From contig CAVVEN010000007.1 of assembly GCA_963747125.1 (NCBI GenBank), positions 16,287 through 80,286 on the forward strand: 64,000 bases of DNA. Reading direction: 5' to 3'. Position 1 is the first letter of the stretch. The number at the start of each line of letters is the position of its first letter. Shown piece after piece: positions 18,720 to 28,500 of this stretch. The translations under genes were made by a program, and so were the position numbers. Source of the stretch: an uncultured Actinomycetes bacterium (GTDB lineage Bacteria; Actinomycetota; Thermoleophilia; Gaiellales; Gaiellaceae). The notes beneath the pieces were generated by a model. It did not search any database. It had not been told where the DNA came from and saw only the letters and a list, made by a program, of their open reading frames with translations.

Positions 18720-19760
18720 TCAGCCCGACGCCAGCCGGCCGAGCGCGTCGGTCAGCACGTCGACGGCGAGCGCGACGTCCTCCGGCGATGACAGTTCGTC
18801 GGGCGAGTGGCTCACGCCGCCGTTCAGCGCCCGCACGAACAGCATCGCCGATGGCACGCCGGCACGCGCGAGCACGCCGGCGTCATGCCCCGCGCCGGAT
18901 GCGAGCTCGACGACGGGCAGCCCTCGCCCGCCGAGCGCCTCCCGCAGCGCCTCGACGGGCGGGCCTCCGAGGGGCGTCGGCGGCGTCGCTCCGTCGGCGT
19001 CGACCCCGAGCGCGTCGAGGAGCCGCGCGAGTCGTTCCTCGTCCGGTGCGCGGGCGTCGATCGTCAACCGCACCCGGCCGGGGATCACGTTGACGCCGTC
19101 TGGATCGACCTCGAGCCGCCCGACGGTGGCGACCGCATCGGGGATCCCGCGCGCGACGTCCCGGATCCGGAGCACTTCCTCGGCGGCGGTAACGAGAGCG
19201 TCGTCGCGCGCGTCCATCGGCGTCGTCCCGGCGTGGCCCGCACGGCCGTCGATCACGCGCTCGGCGCGCTTGTAGCCGACGATCGCGGTGACGACCGCAA
19301 GGGGCTCGCCCACGAGCGCGAGACGCGGCCCCTGCTCGTGGTGGAGCTCCACCCAGGCGCCCGGGAGCCCGCCGCTCGCCGCGCGCGCATGCGAGCCGAC
19401 GCAGCCACGCTCTTCCTCGCGAAAGGCGACGACGCCGAGCGTCCGGCGACGTTGTCCGAGCCGCTCGACCGCCTCCAGCGCGCCGACGACGCCGAGGACC
19501 CCGTCGTAGCGGCCGCCCTGCGGCACCGAGTCGAGATGCGAGCCCGACCACACCTCGGGCAGCGCCGGCTCGGCGCCAGCACGGCGTCCAACGAGATTGC
19601 CGGCCGCGTCGACCTCGACCTCGAGCCCAGCCTCGCGCATCCAGCCCTCGACGAGTCGATGGGCCTCGTCCTCCTCGGCCGAGTAGCCGGGACGATTCGC
19701 TCCCGGCCCGCCTCCGATCGCGTAGATCGCGTCGAGCCGGCGCTCGAGCCCGGTCGCCAT
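18720..19760 (-). CDS. M20 Zn hydrolase (allantoate amidohydrolase / N-carbamoylase-like)
   Basis: GSHLDSVPQGGRYDG, EEE, HAGTTPM, SGAGHDA, SHSPDE. Confidence 0.88.
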   Translation of the reverse strand: MATGLERRLDAIYAIGGGPGANRPGYSAEEDEAHRLVEGWMREAGLEVEVDAAGNLVGRRAGAEPALPEVWSGSHLDSVPQGGRYDGVLGVVGALEAVERLGQRRRTLGVVAFREEERGCVGSHARAASGGLPGAWVELHHEQGPRLALVGEPLAVVTAIVGYKRAERVIDGRAGHAGTTPMDARDDALVTAAEEVLRIRDVARGIPDAVATVGRLEVDPDGVNVIPGRVRLTIDARAPDEERLARLLDALGVDADGATPPTPLGGPPVEALREALGGRGLPVVELASGAGHDAGVLARAGVPSAMLFVRALNGGVSHSPDELSSPEDVALAVDVLTDALGRLASG

Positions 19761-20695
19761 CAGACGTCGACGCGCCGGCCGACGTCCCGCTCCACCGCCC
19801 GGCGGAGGACCTCGTGCCCGAGCGCGAGGTCCCACGGTGCGATCCCGTTGGACTTGAAGAGGACGACGTCGGCATCGGACTGACGGCCCGGGAGCTCGCC
19901 GGAGACGATCTGGTGCAGCTCCTGCACCTCGAGCCAGTCGAGCTGGCCCGCCGCGACGGGCTCGATCAGGTCTCCCGACTCGAGCCTCGCGTCCTCGATC
20001 GAGTCGCAGCAGACGAGCGTGGCGCGGGCGATCACCTGGGCGTCGAGCTCCCGCGCCGCCGGGTCGTTCGCGCCGATCGCGCAGACGAGGGCGCCCTCGT
20101 TCAGCCAGTCGCCGCGGAGCACGGGGTCCTTCGACGAGGTCGCGGTGACGACGATGTCGCAGCCCCCGGCCTCCGAGGGGCTCTCCGCGACCTCTGCCTG
20201 GTTGGCATCCGCGAACGTCTCTGTCCGGTCGCGCGAGCGGCTCGAGACGACCACCCGCTCGATCGACGGCACCGCCGCGCGGATCGCGGCGAGCTGCGAC
20301 TCCGCCTGCCAGCCCGCCCCGATCAGCCCGAGGCTCGTGGCGCCTGGACGGGCGAGGTGCTTCGCGGCGACGCCGCTCGCGGCGCCCGTCCGCACCTGGC
20401 CCAGCCGATCAGCGGCGATCAGCGCAGTGAGCGCGCCATCCTGAAGGGAGAAGAGGCAGACGACGAACTGAATCCTGCCGTCGACCAGGAGGTAGCTCTT
20501 GAGCCCTGCGACACCGAGGCCTCTGTCGGCGGCCGCCATCACCGCGAAGTACCCGCCGTCGACGGCAAAGCGGCGACGCGGCATCAGCTCGATCTCCCCC
20601 GCGGCCATGCGTCGGAAGCACTCCTCGATCACCGGCACGGCCTCGCCGGGGGTGACGAGCGACGCGACCTCGTCCTCGGAGAGCCAGAGCGGCAC
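19760..20695 (-). CDS. Ornithine cyclodeaminase/mu-crystallin family protein
   Basis: RTGAASGVA, IGAGWQA, FKSNGIA..D. Confidence 0.9.
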   Translation of the reverse strand: MPLWLSEDEVASLVTPGEAVPVIEECFRRMAAGEIELMPRRRFAVDGGYFAVMAAADRGLGVAGLKSYLLVDGRIQFVVCLFSLQDGALTALIAADRLGQVRTGAASGVAAKHLARPGATSLGLIGAGWQAESQLAAIRAAVPSIERVVVSSRSRDRTETFADANQAEVAESPSEAGGCDIVVTATSSKDPVLRGDWLNEGALVCAIGANDPAARELDAQVIARATLVCCDSIEDARLESGDLIEPVAAGQLDWLEVQELHQIVSGELPGRQSDADVVLFKSNGIAPWDLALGHEVLRRAVERDVGRRVDV

Positions 20696-20748
20696 GCCCC
20701 GATGCTAGCCCGGTGCATCGCGGGAAGCGCGCCCGCCGGAGCCGCAGA

Positions 20749-21873
20749 TCATCCGCGAATCGTGTCGGCAGAGTCAAACGGCAGCGTGAAGCGGAACGCG
20801 CTGCCGCCGCCTTCGCCGTGCTCGACCCAGATCCGGCCGCCGTGCGCCTCGACGATGCGCCTGCAGACGGCGAGGCCGATGCCGCTCCCCTCGACGCGGC
20901 GATCGACGCGCGAGAACATTGCAAAGATCCGGCGCCCGTCGTCCCGGCTCACGCCGATGCCGTTGTCCCGCACCGTCACGATCCACTCGCCGGGTCCGCG
21001 GTCCGTCGCGACCTCGACGCGCGGAGGCTCCTCCGTCCGGAACTTGAGCGCGTTGACGACGAGGTTCTGCAGCACGCGCCGCAGCTGGCGCGGATCGGCG
21101 CGCACCTCGGGCAGCTCCCCGACGACGAGCGTGCCACCCGTTTCTGCAAGCCGCGGCCGCAGGTCGGCCGCGACGTCGGCCATGACCGCCTCCAGCGCAA
21201 CCCGGCCGACGGCGAGCTCGCCCGAGCGAGCGTAGTCGAGCACTCCGTCGACGAGCTCGCGCGCCCGGTCGGAGGTCGCGCGGAGCTCGTGGAGCACCTC
21301 CGGCGCCGGAGGCTCGTCGGGCCGGAGCTCGAGGACGTTGACGAGCATCGCGATCCCGGCGAGCGGCGCGCTCAGGTCGTGGGCGACGACATCCGCGTAC
21401 GCGACGAGCTCGGCCTCCATCCGCCGGCTCGCCGTCACGTCGTGCAGGAACACGATCACCCCGTCCCCGAGCCTGGCCGCACGGTGGAGGAACGTCCCGA
21501 GCATGTAGCCGTCCCCGAACGGCGTGTCGTACGTCACCTCCCCGACGAGTGGCTCGCCCTTCTCGCACACGCCGACGTACTCATCGAGCATGTGGCTCTC
21601 GCGCATCTGCGGCAGCGCTTCGAGCAGCGTGTAGCGGTCGCGGGTCTCGGCCGGGAGCCGGAAGCCGCGCAGCATGGCCGGGTTGCCGTAGCCGAACGCG
21701 AAGTCGACGACGCGCCCGTCCGCGTCCCGGATCGCCCAGAGGACGCCGACCGGGTCGGGGAACCCGTCGAGGAGCGTCCGGAACCCCTCGGCGCCCCGCT
21801 CGCCGAGCAGCTCGACGAGCCGGGGATCCTCGCCCCACGGCTCGGGCTCGAACTCGCGGCGCACGTGGGTCAC
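20749..21873 (-). CDS. Cytoplasmic PAS sensor histidine kinase
   Basis: AHDLSAPL H-box, NLVVNALKF, DNGIG, GSGIGL. Confidence 0.88.
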   Translation of the reverse strand: MTHVRREFEPEPWGEDPRLVELLGERGAEGFRTLLDGFPDPVGVLWAIRDADGRVVDFAFGYGNPAMLRGFRLPAETRDRYTLLEALPQMRESHMLDEYVGVCEKGEPLVGEVTYDTPFGDGYMLGTFLHRAARLGDGVIVFLHDVTASRRMEAELVAYADVVAHDLSAPLAGIAMLVNVLELRPDEPPAPEVLHELRATSDRARELVDGVLDYARSGELAVGRVALEAVMADVAADLRPRLAETGGTLVVGELPEVRADPRQLRRVLQNLVVNALKFRTEEPPRVEVATDRGPGEWIVTVRDNGIGVSRDDGRRIFAMFSRVDRRVEGSGIGLAVCRRIVEAHGGRIWVEHGEGGGSAFRFTLPFDSADTIRG

Positions 21874-21942
21874 GACGAGGAAATCTAGGCGCTCTGGATC
21901 CAACGCGACGAGCGGTGGCCCGTGCGCCTGCGCCGGGGGCCG

Positions 21943-22038
21943 AAGGCCTGCTTTGCCGGCCGGGGAGGCCAGGAACTGGGCGACCCGTGCGCAGGCCAGG
22001 AGGAGGGGGCTGGCGGGGGAACGAGGGGTTCCCCCGCC
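21943..22038 (+). repeat. Dispersed ~95-bp two-hairpin repeat, copy 2 (just 3' of the tRNA)
   Basis: GGCCTGCTTTGCCGGCC-GGGGAGG...AGGAGGGGG..GGCGGGGGAAC-GAGGG-GTTCCCCCGCC. Confidence 0.8.
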
Positions 22039-22042
22039 CGTG

Positions 22043-22115
22043 TGCGCCCGGCACGATTCGAACGTGCGACCTCTGCCTCCGCAGGGCAGCGCTCTATCCC
22101 CTGAGCTACGGGCGC
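22043..22115 (-). tRNA. tRNA-Arg, anticodon GCG (CCA not encoded)
   Basis: GCGCCCGTAGCTCAGGGGATAGAGCGCTGCC-CTGCGGA-GGCAGAGGTCGCACGTTCGAATCGTGCCGGGCGCA folds into a full cloverleaf with A20. Confidence 0.93.
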
Positions 22116-22280
22116 GCGAAGGGCCAGTGTAGCGGCGGCGCGGCGCACGACTCCTCAAGCCTGACCCGACGACTCGTCATGACTGACGCGACGAATCGTC
22201 GAGACTGAGCCGACGACCCCCAGGCCGCACCCACCGAGCCGGGTCCCTCGTAACAGACTGTTGCAAGGTCGCTCGACCGG

Positions 22281-23105
22281 TTACGCCGGCAGCTGGTGCG
22301 CGTTGCCCCCGTCGAGGGAGAGCGTGGCGTCGGTCGGAACCTCGCGGCGGACGTAGCCCAGCGCGACGATGCCGTGCGCGGGATCGGCAGCGGCGCTCGT
22401 GACTCGGCCGACGGCCTTGCCGTCGAGGGTCAACTCTGTGTCATACGCCGGCAGATCAGGGCCGTCGAGCGCGAGTACGCGGAGCCCTCTGTTCGGGTGG
22501 CCGCGGAAATGGAGGCGCGCGACGGGCTCCTGGCCGGGGTAGCAGCCCTTCGTGAAGCTGATCGCGCGCGCTTCCAGGCCCGCCTCGGCGGGCATCACCC
22601 GATCGTCGAGCTCCCGCCCGAGGCGCGGCGTACGCGCGAGGATGCGGAGGCGCTCGAGCTCCAGCTCCGGGACGGGCGCCGCGCTCGACGGCGGAGCCGC
22701 GTCGAGCAGCTCGACCGCGGGCACGCCGTAGTCGCGGTTCGGCAGAGAGCGTGCCTGCGCCCCGGCCGGCGGCTCCGCAGCGCCGAGCACGACGACGGAG
22801 CGATGCTCCTCGGGCTCGACCGCGCACTTCGCCGCGAAGCGCCCGCGCAGGAGGTCACGCAGGAGCCGCTCGCCGGCGTCGGGCTCCGTGAGGAGCAGGA
22901 AGTCGTCGTCGGCCCGGCGCCAGACGACGAGCGGCGCGACGATCCGCGCCTTCGGCGTCAGCAGCAGCGCCTCGCACGACTCCCCGACGGCGAGCGCCTC
23001 GACGTCGTTCGAGAGCATCCGGTTGAGATAGGTCGCAGCCTCGGGACCGCGCACCGCGACGTACGACCGGGCGAGCGGTGCAGCCTGTAACGTCGGCACG
23101 GCCAT
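22281..23105 (-). CDS. ygfZ: YgfZ/GcvT-like folate-binding protein
   Basis: Signature SFTKGCYPGQE. Confidence 0.9.
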   Translation of the reverse strand: MAVPTLQAAPLARSYVAVRGPEAATYLNRMLSNDVEALAVGESCEALLLTPKARIVAPLVVWRRADDDFLLLTEPDAGERLLRDLLRGRFAAKCAVEPEEHRSVVVLGAAEPPAGAQARSLPNRDYGVPAVELLDAAPPSSAAPVPELELERLRILARTPRLGRELDDRVMPAEAGLEARAISFTKGCYPGQEPVARLHFRGHPNRGLRVLALDGPDLPAYDTELTLDGKAVGRVTSAAADPAHGIVALGYVRREVPTDATLSLDGGNAHQLPA

Positions 23106-23124
23106 CGAGACGAGGGTAGCGAGC

Positions 23125-23736
23125 GTGTTCAGGAGCAGGGCGGAGCGAAAGGTGGCCGAGGCGGGGTACGACCCGGCCCGGCTCCCTCCGGGTCAGTACC
23201 TGACCGAGAAATGGCCGGTGCTCCACGCGGGCGACGTTCCCTCCTACCCGACCGACCTCGCGGGCTGGGACTTCAGCGTCCACGGCGAGGTGGAGACGCC
23301 GCTGACGCTCTCGTGGGAGGAGCTGAACAGCCTGCCGCGGGCGACCGTGACGGAGGACATTCACTGCGTCACCCGCTGGAGCCGCTTCGACGCCGAGTTC
23401 AGCGGTGTCCCGTGGTCGGCGATCCGTGAACTGGTCGGGCCGCGCGAGAGCGCCCATTACGCCGTCGCGCACGCGGAGGCGGGCTTCACGGCGAACATTC
23501 CCGCGTCGTTCCTCGAGGCGGACGGCGCCCTGCTCGCGACGCACGCCGACGGCGAGCCTCTGACGCCAGAGCACGGCTGGCCCCTCCGGCTCGTGGTCCC
23601 CGGCAAGTACTTCTGGAAGAGCGCAAAGTGGCTCCGCGCGATCGAGCTCCGCGCGACCGACGCGCCCGGGTTCTGGGAGCGCTACGGCTACTCGAACGAC
23701 GCCGACCCGTGGAAGGAGCAGCGCTACGCCTTCTGA
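23125..23736 (+). CDS. Sulfite oxidase-like molybdopterin oxidoreductase
   Basis: RLPPGQ, DIHCVTRWS, EHGWPLRLVVP, WKSAKW, GFWE..GY. Confidence 0.9.
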   Translation: MFRSRAERKVAEAGYDPARLPPGQYLTEKWPVLHAGDVPSYPTDLAGWDFSVHGEVETPLTLSWEELNSLPRATVTEDIHCVTRWSRFDAEFSGVPWSAIRELVGPRESAHYAVAHAEAGFTANIPASFLEADGALLATHADGEPLTPEHGWPLRLVVPGKYFWKSAKWLRAIELRATDAPGFWERYGYSNDADPWKEQRYAF

Positions 23737-23817
23737 GCCGAGAATCACTCGAACGAGGGAGTAAGGCGCAGGACGGGCGGGCCGATCGTGGTATCACCCA
23801 CCCTCCCCAGCATCACC

Positions 23818-23855
23818 GAGGCGGCCGCTCCCCCAAGCGGCCGTCTCTCTTTTTG
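23818..23855 (+). terminator. Intrinsic terminator
   Basis: GAGGCGGCCGCT-loop-AGCGGCCGTCTC followed by TCTTTTT. Confidence 0.7.
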
Positions 23856-24052
23856 TCCCGCGAGCGGGAATCCGCCGAGCGGATTCCCGCCGCTCGATCC
23901 CCGCCTACGGCGGGGCAGATCCCTAAAGGCGTCGGCTTCGCCGCCGCAAACCCTCGTTGCCAAGCCGCTTGATCCCGGCCCGCCGGGCGCGGCGGCCTTC
24001 GAGCGTGTCGGCTTCTCTCCGCCGCACCCTTGCGTCCCGCCGCAGCGTCTTC

Positions 24053-24520
24053 TCAGGCGGCGCTGACGGGGCCCAGGTGCGCTCCGAGCTCCGCCGTGAG
24101 GTCGGCGGCGATCGTCCCGTCCCGCGGGGCGAGGAAGATCGTGTTGTCGCCGGCGATGGTGCCCGCGATCCCGGGATGACGTCCTTCGTCGATCGCCTGG
24201 GCCAGCGCGCTCGCGTAGCCCGACGGTGTCGTGACGACGACGAGCGGCCCTGCCTGCTCGACCCTCGTCGCATAGCGGCGCATCGCGACCCCGATCGAGC
24301 GGAGCCGATCGACGTCGTCCGATCCGGACGCCGCGTACACCAGTCGGCCGGACGGGGCCCGCACCTTCGTGAGGCCCAGGTCGTGGACGTCACGCGAGAT
24401 GGTCGTCTGGACGGCGTCGTATCCCTCCTCGCGCAGCGCGTCGACGAGCTCCGCCTGGGTCGAGATCGCCCGGTCGCGCACGAGGCGAAGGATCGCCTGC
24501 TGACGCACGACGCCCGTCAC
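24053..24520 (-). CDS. argR: Arginine repressor
   Basis: RQQAIL..ISTQAEL, QTTISRD, GTIAGDNTIF. Confidence 0.92.
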   Translation of the reverse strand: MTGVVRQQAILRLVRDRAISTQAELVDALREEGYDAVQTTISRDVHDLGLTKVRAPSGRLVYAASGSDDVDRLRSIGVAMRRYATRVEQAGPLVVVTTPSGYASALAQAIDEGRHPGIAGTIAGDNTIFLAPRDGTIAADLTAELGAHLGPVSAA

Positions 24521-25680
24521 GAGAGCACCGCGGCGAGAATCGCCAGCGCCTCGTCCACCTCCGCCTCGGTGATCACGAGCGGCGGCAGCAGGCGGAGGAC
24601 GTCGCTCCCGGCGGTCAGCGCGAGCAGGCCGTGGGCCCGGCACTCGTCGACGACCGCTCCGGCGTCGCGGTCGAGCACGCCGGCCAGGAGCAGCCCGCGG
24701 CCGCGCACCTCGAGCACGCCCGGCAGCCCGGCGAGACCGCGCGCCAGCTGCTCGCCGCGGGCCGCGACGTTCTCGAGCAGCTCGTCGTCGATCGCCTCGA
24801 GCACGGCGCAGGCGGCCGCGCACGCGACGGGGTTGCCGCCGAAGGTGGAGCCGTGGTCCCCTGGCCCAATCGCGGCGGCGATGCCGTCGCGGACGAGCAG
24901 CGCACCGATCGGGAGACCGTTCGCGAGCCCCTTCGCGAGGGTCACGAGGTCCGGCTCGATCCCGAGCTGCTCGTAGGCGAAGAACGTCCCCGTCCGGCCG
25001 AGCCCTGCCTGGACCTCGTCGACGCAGAGGAGCGCTCCGACCTCCCGCGCGATCTCGGCCGCCGCCTGGACGAAGCGCTCCTCGAGCGGGAGCACACCGC
25101 CCTCGCCGAGCACGGGCTCGAGCATGATCGCCGCGAGCTCGCCGCCGGGCGCAACGGCGGCCTCGAGCGACTCGATGTCGTTGGGCCGCGCGAAGGAGAT
25201 GCCGGGGACGAGCGGCCCGAAGCCCTCCCACTTGGCGGGCTGGCCCGTCGCCGAGAGCGCGCCGAGCGTGCGGCCGTGGAAGCCGCCCTCGAGCGCGACG
25301 ATGTGCGACCGCCCGGTCGCCTTGCGGGCGACTTTGAGCGCCGCCTCGTTCGCCTCGGCGCCCGAGTTGCAGAAGAAGGCCTGCGCGCCGCCCATGCGGT
25401 CGGACAGCAGCCCTGCGAGGCGGAGCATCGGCTCGGTCCAGTAGAGGTTCGACGCGTGCCAGAGCCGGTCGAGCTGCGCGTGCGCCGCCTCGGTGACCGC
25501 GGGGTGCCGGTGGCCGAGCCCCACCACCGCGATCCCGCCGCCGCAGTCGAGGTACGCGCGGCCCTCGGCGTCCCACACGCGGCAGCCCTCGCCGCGGACG
25601 ATGGTGACATCGGCGCGCGCGTAGGTCGGGAGCAGGGCGGCGCGAGCCGCAAGTGACACTGTGTCACTTGCGCCCGTCAC
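24517..25680 (-). CDS. argD: Acetylornithine aminotransferase
   Basis: NSGAEANE, FHGRT, DEVQAGLGRTG, TLAKGL, HGSTFGGNP. Confidence 0.92.
   Translation of the reverse strand: MTGASDTVSLAARAALLPTYARADVTIVRGEGCRVWDAEGRAYLDCGGGIAVVGLGHRHPAVTEAAHAQLDRLWHASNLYWTEPMLRLAGLLSDRMGGAQAFFCNSGAEANEAALKVARKATGRSHIVALEGGFHGRTLGALSATGQPAKWEGFGPLVPGISFARPNDIESLEAAVAPGGELAAIMLEPVLGEGGVLPLEERFVQAAAEIAREVGALLCVDEVQAGLGRTGTFFAYEQLGIEPDLVTLAKGLANGLPIGALLVRDGIAAAIGPGDHGSTFGGNPVACAAACAVLEAIDDELLENVAARGEQLARGLAGLPGVLEVRGRGLLLAGVLDRDAGAVVDECRAHGLLALTAGSDVLRLLPPLVITEAEVDEALAILAAVLS
25649..25671 (-). repeat. 23-bp palindrome inside the argD N-terminus
   Basis: Coding strand GCAAGTGACACAGTGTCACTTGC, translated ASDTVSLA. 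Confidence 0.75.
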
Positions 25681-26345
25681 GCCGGGACCTCGGTGGCGCC
25701 GATCGAGGCGGGGACGCCGCCGCGCGCCGCCCGGACGGCGGCGACGAGCTTCGGCACGATGCCGCCCTCGAAGCGCCCGGCGGCGAGGCCGGCCTCGGCC
25801 TCGTCGGCCCGGAGGACCGTCGCCAGCTCGCCGTCCAGCAGCACGCCGGGGACGTCGGTGACAAAGAGGATCCGCGACGCGCCAAGGCCGACGGCGAGCG
25901 CAGCTGCGACCTCGTCGGCGTTCACGTTCAGCGGGCCGGCCGCGAGAGGCGCGACGACCGGGACGAGTCCCGCGGCGAGCGCCTCGACCACCGCCGGCGG
26001 CGCCGACGGTGCCGGGTCCCCCACGAGACCGAGCTCCTCGACCCGGCGCGCCACGAGACCGATCTCGTCGCCGCGGAGGCCGACCGCGGACGGCCCGATC
26101 GCCGCGCAGAGCTCGGCGTTCACGGCAAGCAGCGCCTCGCGGACGACGTCGAGCACATCGGGCGTCGTGACGCGCCTGCCGTCGACGAAGACCGCCTCGA
26201 TCCCGCGCCGTTCCATCTCCGCGGTGATCTGAGGACCGGCGCCGTGGACGACCACGACGGGGCCGTCGACGTCCCCGAGTGCCGCGTGAACGGCGTCCGC
26301 CGCGACACGGCCGCCGAGCTTCACGACGACGGGCGCCTGGCTCAC
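25677..26345 (-). CDS. argB: Acetylglutamate kinase
   Basis: VVKLGG, VHGAGPQI, GRRVT, NVNAD, TDVPG. Confidence 0.9.
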   Translation of the reverse strand: MSQAPVVVKLGGRVAADAVHAALGDVDGPVVVVHGAGPQITAEMERRGIEAVFVDGRRVTTPDVLDVVREALLAVNAELCAAIGPSAVGLRGDEIGLVARRVEELGLVGDPAPSAPPAVVEALAAGLVPVVAPLAAGPLNVNADEVAAALAVGLGASRILFVTDVPGVLLDGELATVLRADEAEAGLAAGRFEGGIVPKLVAAVRAARGGVPASIGATEVPA

Positions 26346-27508
26346 GTCGTGTACTCCGCGTTGAGCTTGACGTAGTCCGTCGAAAGATCGGAGGCGAGGT
26401 ACGCGGCCTCGCCGTCGCCGAGACCGAGCTCGAGCTCGATGCGGCACGATGCCCCGCCGAGCTCCGGGACGAGCCCCGTCGGCGCGCCGCTCTCGAACAC
26501 CGTCGTCCCGTCGAACGAGACGGACAGCCGGTCGGGATCGAGGTGCGCGAACCCGCCGTTCCACGGCGCGGAGCCGGCGGCCGCCAGGACGCGACCCCAG
26601 TTCGGGTCGTGGCCGAAGGCTGCCGTCTTCACGAGCGGCGACGTCGCCACGCGCCGAGCGATCGCGTGCGCTTCCTCTGACGAGGAAGCGCTAGAGACGC
26701 TGATCTCGAGGACGACCGTCGCTCCCTCCCCGTCGGCGACTATCTGCCGAGCAAGCCCCCGGCAGACCTCCTCGAGGGCGGCGGCGAACTGTTCGTCGAG
26801 CGCGGAATCGCGCTCAGCGATTCCGCGCCGTGCGAGCAAGACGACGGCGTCGTTGGTGCTGCAGTCGCCGTCGACGGAGATCCGGTTGAAGGAGCGCTCG
26901 ACGGCCGGGCGCAGGAACGCGTCGGCGTCGCTCCCGGAGGCGAGCGGATAGTCGGTGGTGACGACGGCGAGCATCGTGGCGAGGCTGGGGTGAATCATCC
27001 CGGCGCCCTTGGCCATCCCGCCGACGGTGAACCCGTCACGCCGAGCGACGGCCGTCTTCGGGCCGTTGTCGGTCGTGAGGATCGCCTGCGCGGCCGCGTC
27101 GTCGCCGTCGGGCGAGAGCGCCGCCGCCGCCGAGTCGACGCCCGCGAGGAGCTGCTCCATCGGCAGCCGCGGGCCGATCACGCCGGTCGAGAGGACGACG
27201 ACCTCCTCCGGCGCGACCCCGAGCCGCTCGGCGACGCGCTCCGCGGTGGCGCGGGCGTCCTCCTCGCCCGGGAGGCCGGTCGCGGCGTTCGCAACGCCCG
27301 CGTTGACGACCACGGCCTGCGGCTCCGCGAGCTCGAGATGCCGCCGTGAGACCGTCACGGGCGCGGCCTGGACGCGGTTGCGCGTCCACATCGCGCAGCC
27401 CACCGCGGGCGCGAGCGAGCGGACGAGCGCTACATCCGGCTTGCGGGACGGCCGGATGCCCGCCGAGACCCCGGCGGCCGCGAAGCCCGGCGCGGCGGTG
27501 ACCGACAT
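26342..27508 (-). CDS. argJ: Ornithine acetyltransferase ArgJ
   Basis: STGVIG, ILTTD, GMAKGAGMIHPSLATML, DGEGAT, DPNWGR, YVKLNAEYTT. Confidence 0.94.
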   Translation of the reverse strand: MSVTAAPGFAAAGVSAGIRPSRKPDVALVRSLAPAVGCAMWTRNRVQAAPVTVSRRHLELAEPQAVVVNAGVANAATGLPGEEDARATAERVAERLGVAPEEVVVLSTGVIGPRLPMEQLLAGVDSAAAALSPDGDDAAAQAILTTDNGPKTAVARRDGFTVGGMAKGAGMIHPSLATMLAVVTTDYPLASGSDADAFLRPAVERSFNRISVDGDCSTNDAVVLLARRGIAERDSALDEQFAAALEEVCRGLARQIVADGEGATVVLEISVSSASSSEEAHAIARRVATSPLVKTAAFGHDPNWGRVLAAAGSAPWNGGFAHLDPDRLSVSFDGTTVFESGAPTGLVPELGGASCRIELELGLGDGEAAYLASDLSTDYVKLNAEYTT

Positions 27509-28500
27509 CAGACGAGGACCCCCGCGAGCCGCAGTCCCGCCGTCGGTGCCAGGCCGAACAGCGCGTTGACGTTCTGCACGGCCTGCCCCGCTGCGCCCTT
27601 GCCGAGGTTGTCCAGCGCGCAGATGACGATCGTCCGGTCGGTGTGGCGGTCGGCAAAGACCCCGATCTCCGCGCCGTCGGTCGCCTGGACGCGCGAGAGC
27701 TCGGGGGCGACGCCCTCGGGCAGCACGGTCACGACCGGGCTCGCCGCGTAGCGCTCCTCGAGCAGCTCGCGCAGGTCAGGACCGGTCGAGCGGACGTTGC
27801 ACGTGGCGAGCAGGCCCCGCCGGACCGGCAGGAGATGCGGGGTGAGCGAGACCGGGAAGCCGAGCAGTTGCGCGATCTCGGCGACGTGCTGATGCGAGCC
27901 GACCTTGTAGGGCGAGACGTTCTCCAGCACGAAGCCCGCATGGGTGGACGGACGCGGCGAGCGCCCCGCGCCGGTCATCCCCGACATCGCGTCGACGACG
28001 ACGCTCGCGGGGTCGATCGCGCCCGCGATCGGCCCCAGCACGAGCAGCACCGCCGTCGCGTAGCAGCCGGGGTTCGCGATCAACCGACCCTGCGGCGGGG
28101 ACAGCTCGGGCAGGCCGTACGACCACTGGCCGAGCCCGCCGGGCCGAGGATGGGTGAACCCGTACCACTCCTCGTACGCCGCCGGGTCGTCGAGCCGGTG
28201 CGCCCCGGAGAGGTCGACGACGACACCGCGCGACGGCGGCTCGAGCGCAGCCGCTTCGGCGTGGGAGAGGCAGAGGAACGTGATGTCCGCCTCGCACGCG
28301 AGCGCCGCCTCGTTCGTGATCAGCCGCGGGACACGCTTCCCGCCGTTGCGGTTGAGTCGCGGGTCGAGCGCCGTCGCGTCCTGGCCGGCCAGCGAGTCCG
28401 AGCCGACGGCGTAGAGCTCGAGGTCGGGATGGCGGAGCACCCGGTCGAGCGTCTCCTGGCCGGTGTAGCCCGCCGAGCCCACGATGCTGACGTACGGCAT
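27508..28500 (-). CDS. argC: N-acetyl-gamma-glutamyl-phosphate reductase
   Basis: GSAGYTG, DLSG, IANPGCYAT, DNLGKGAAGQAVQN. Confidence 0.93.
   Translation of the reverse strand: MPYVSIVGSAGYTGQETLDRVLRHPDLELYAVGSDSLAGQDATALDPRLNRNGGKRVPRLITNEAALACEADITFLCLSHAEAAALEPPSRGVVVDLSGAHRLDDPAAYEEWYGFTHPRPGGLGQWSYGLPELSPPQGRLIANPGCYATAVLLVLGPIAGAIDPASVVVDAMSGMTGAGRSPRPSTHAGFVLENVSPYKVGSHQHVAEIAQLLGFPVSLTPHLLPVRRGLLATCNVRSTGPDLRELLEERYAASPVVTVLPEGVAPELSRVQATDGAEIGVFADRHTDRTIVICALDNLGKGAAGQAVQNVNALFGLAPTAGLRLAGVLV

Noticed and set aside
21900-22280. Genomic island or prophage integrated at the tRNA
   Set aside because: No integrase, no duplicated tRNA 3' end in the window and no compositional shift.
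23790-23855. 6C RNA
   Set aside because: Only one clear C-loop hairpin; the twin C-rich loop architecture is absent.
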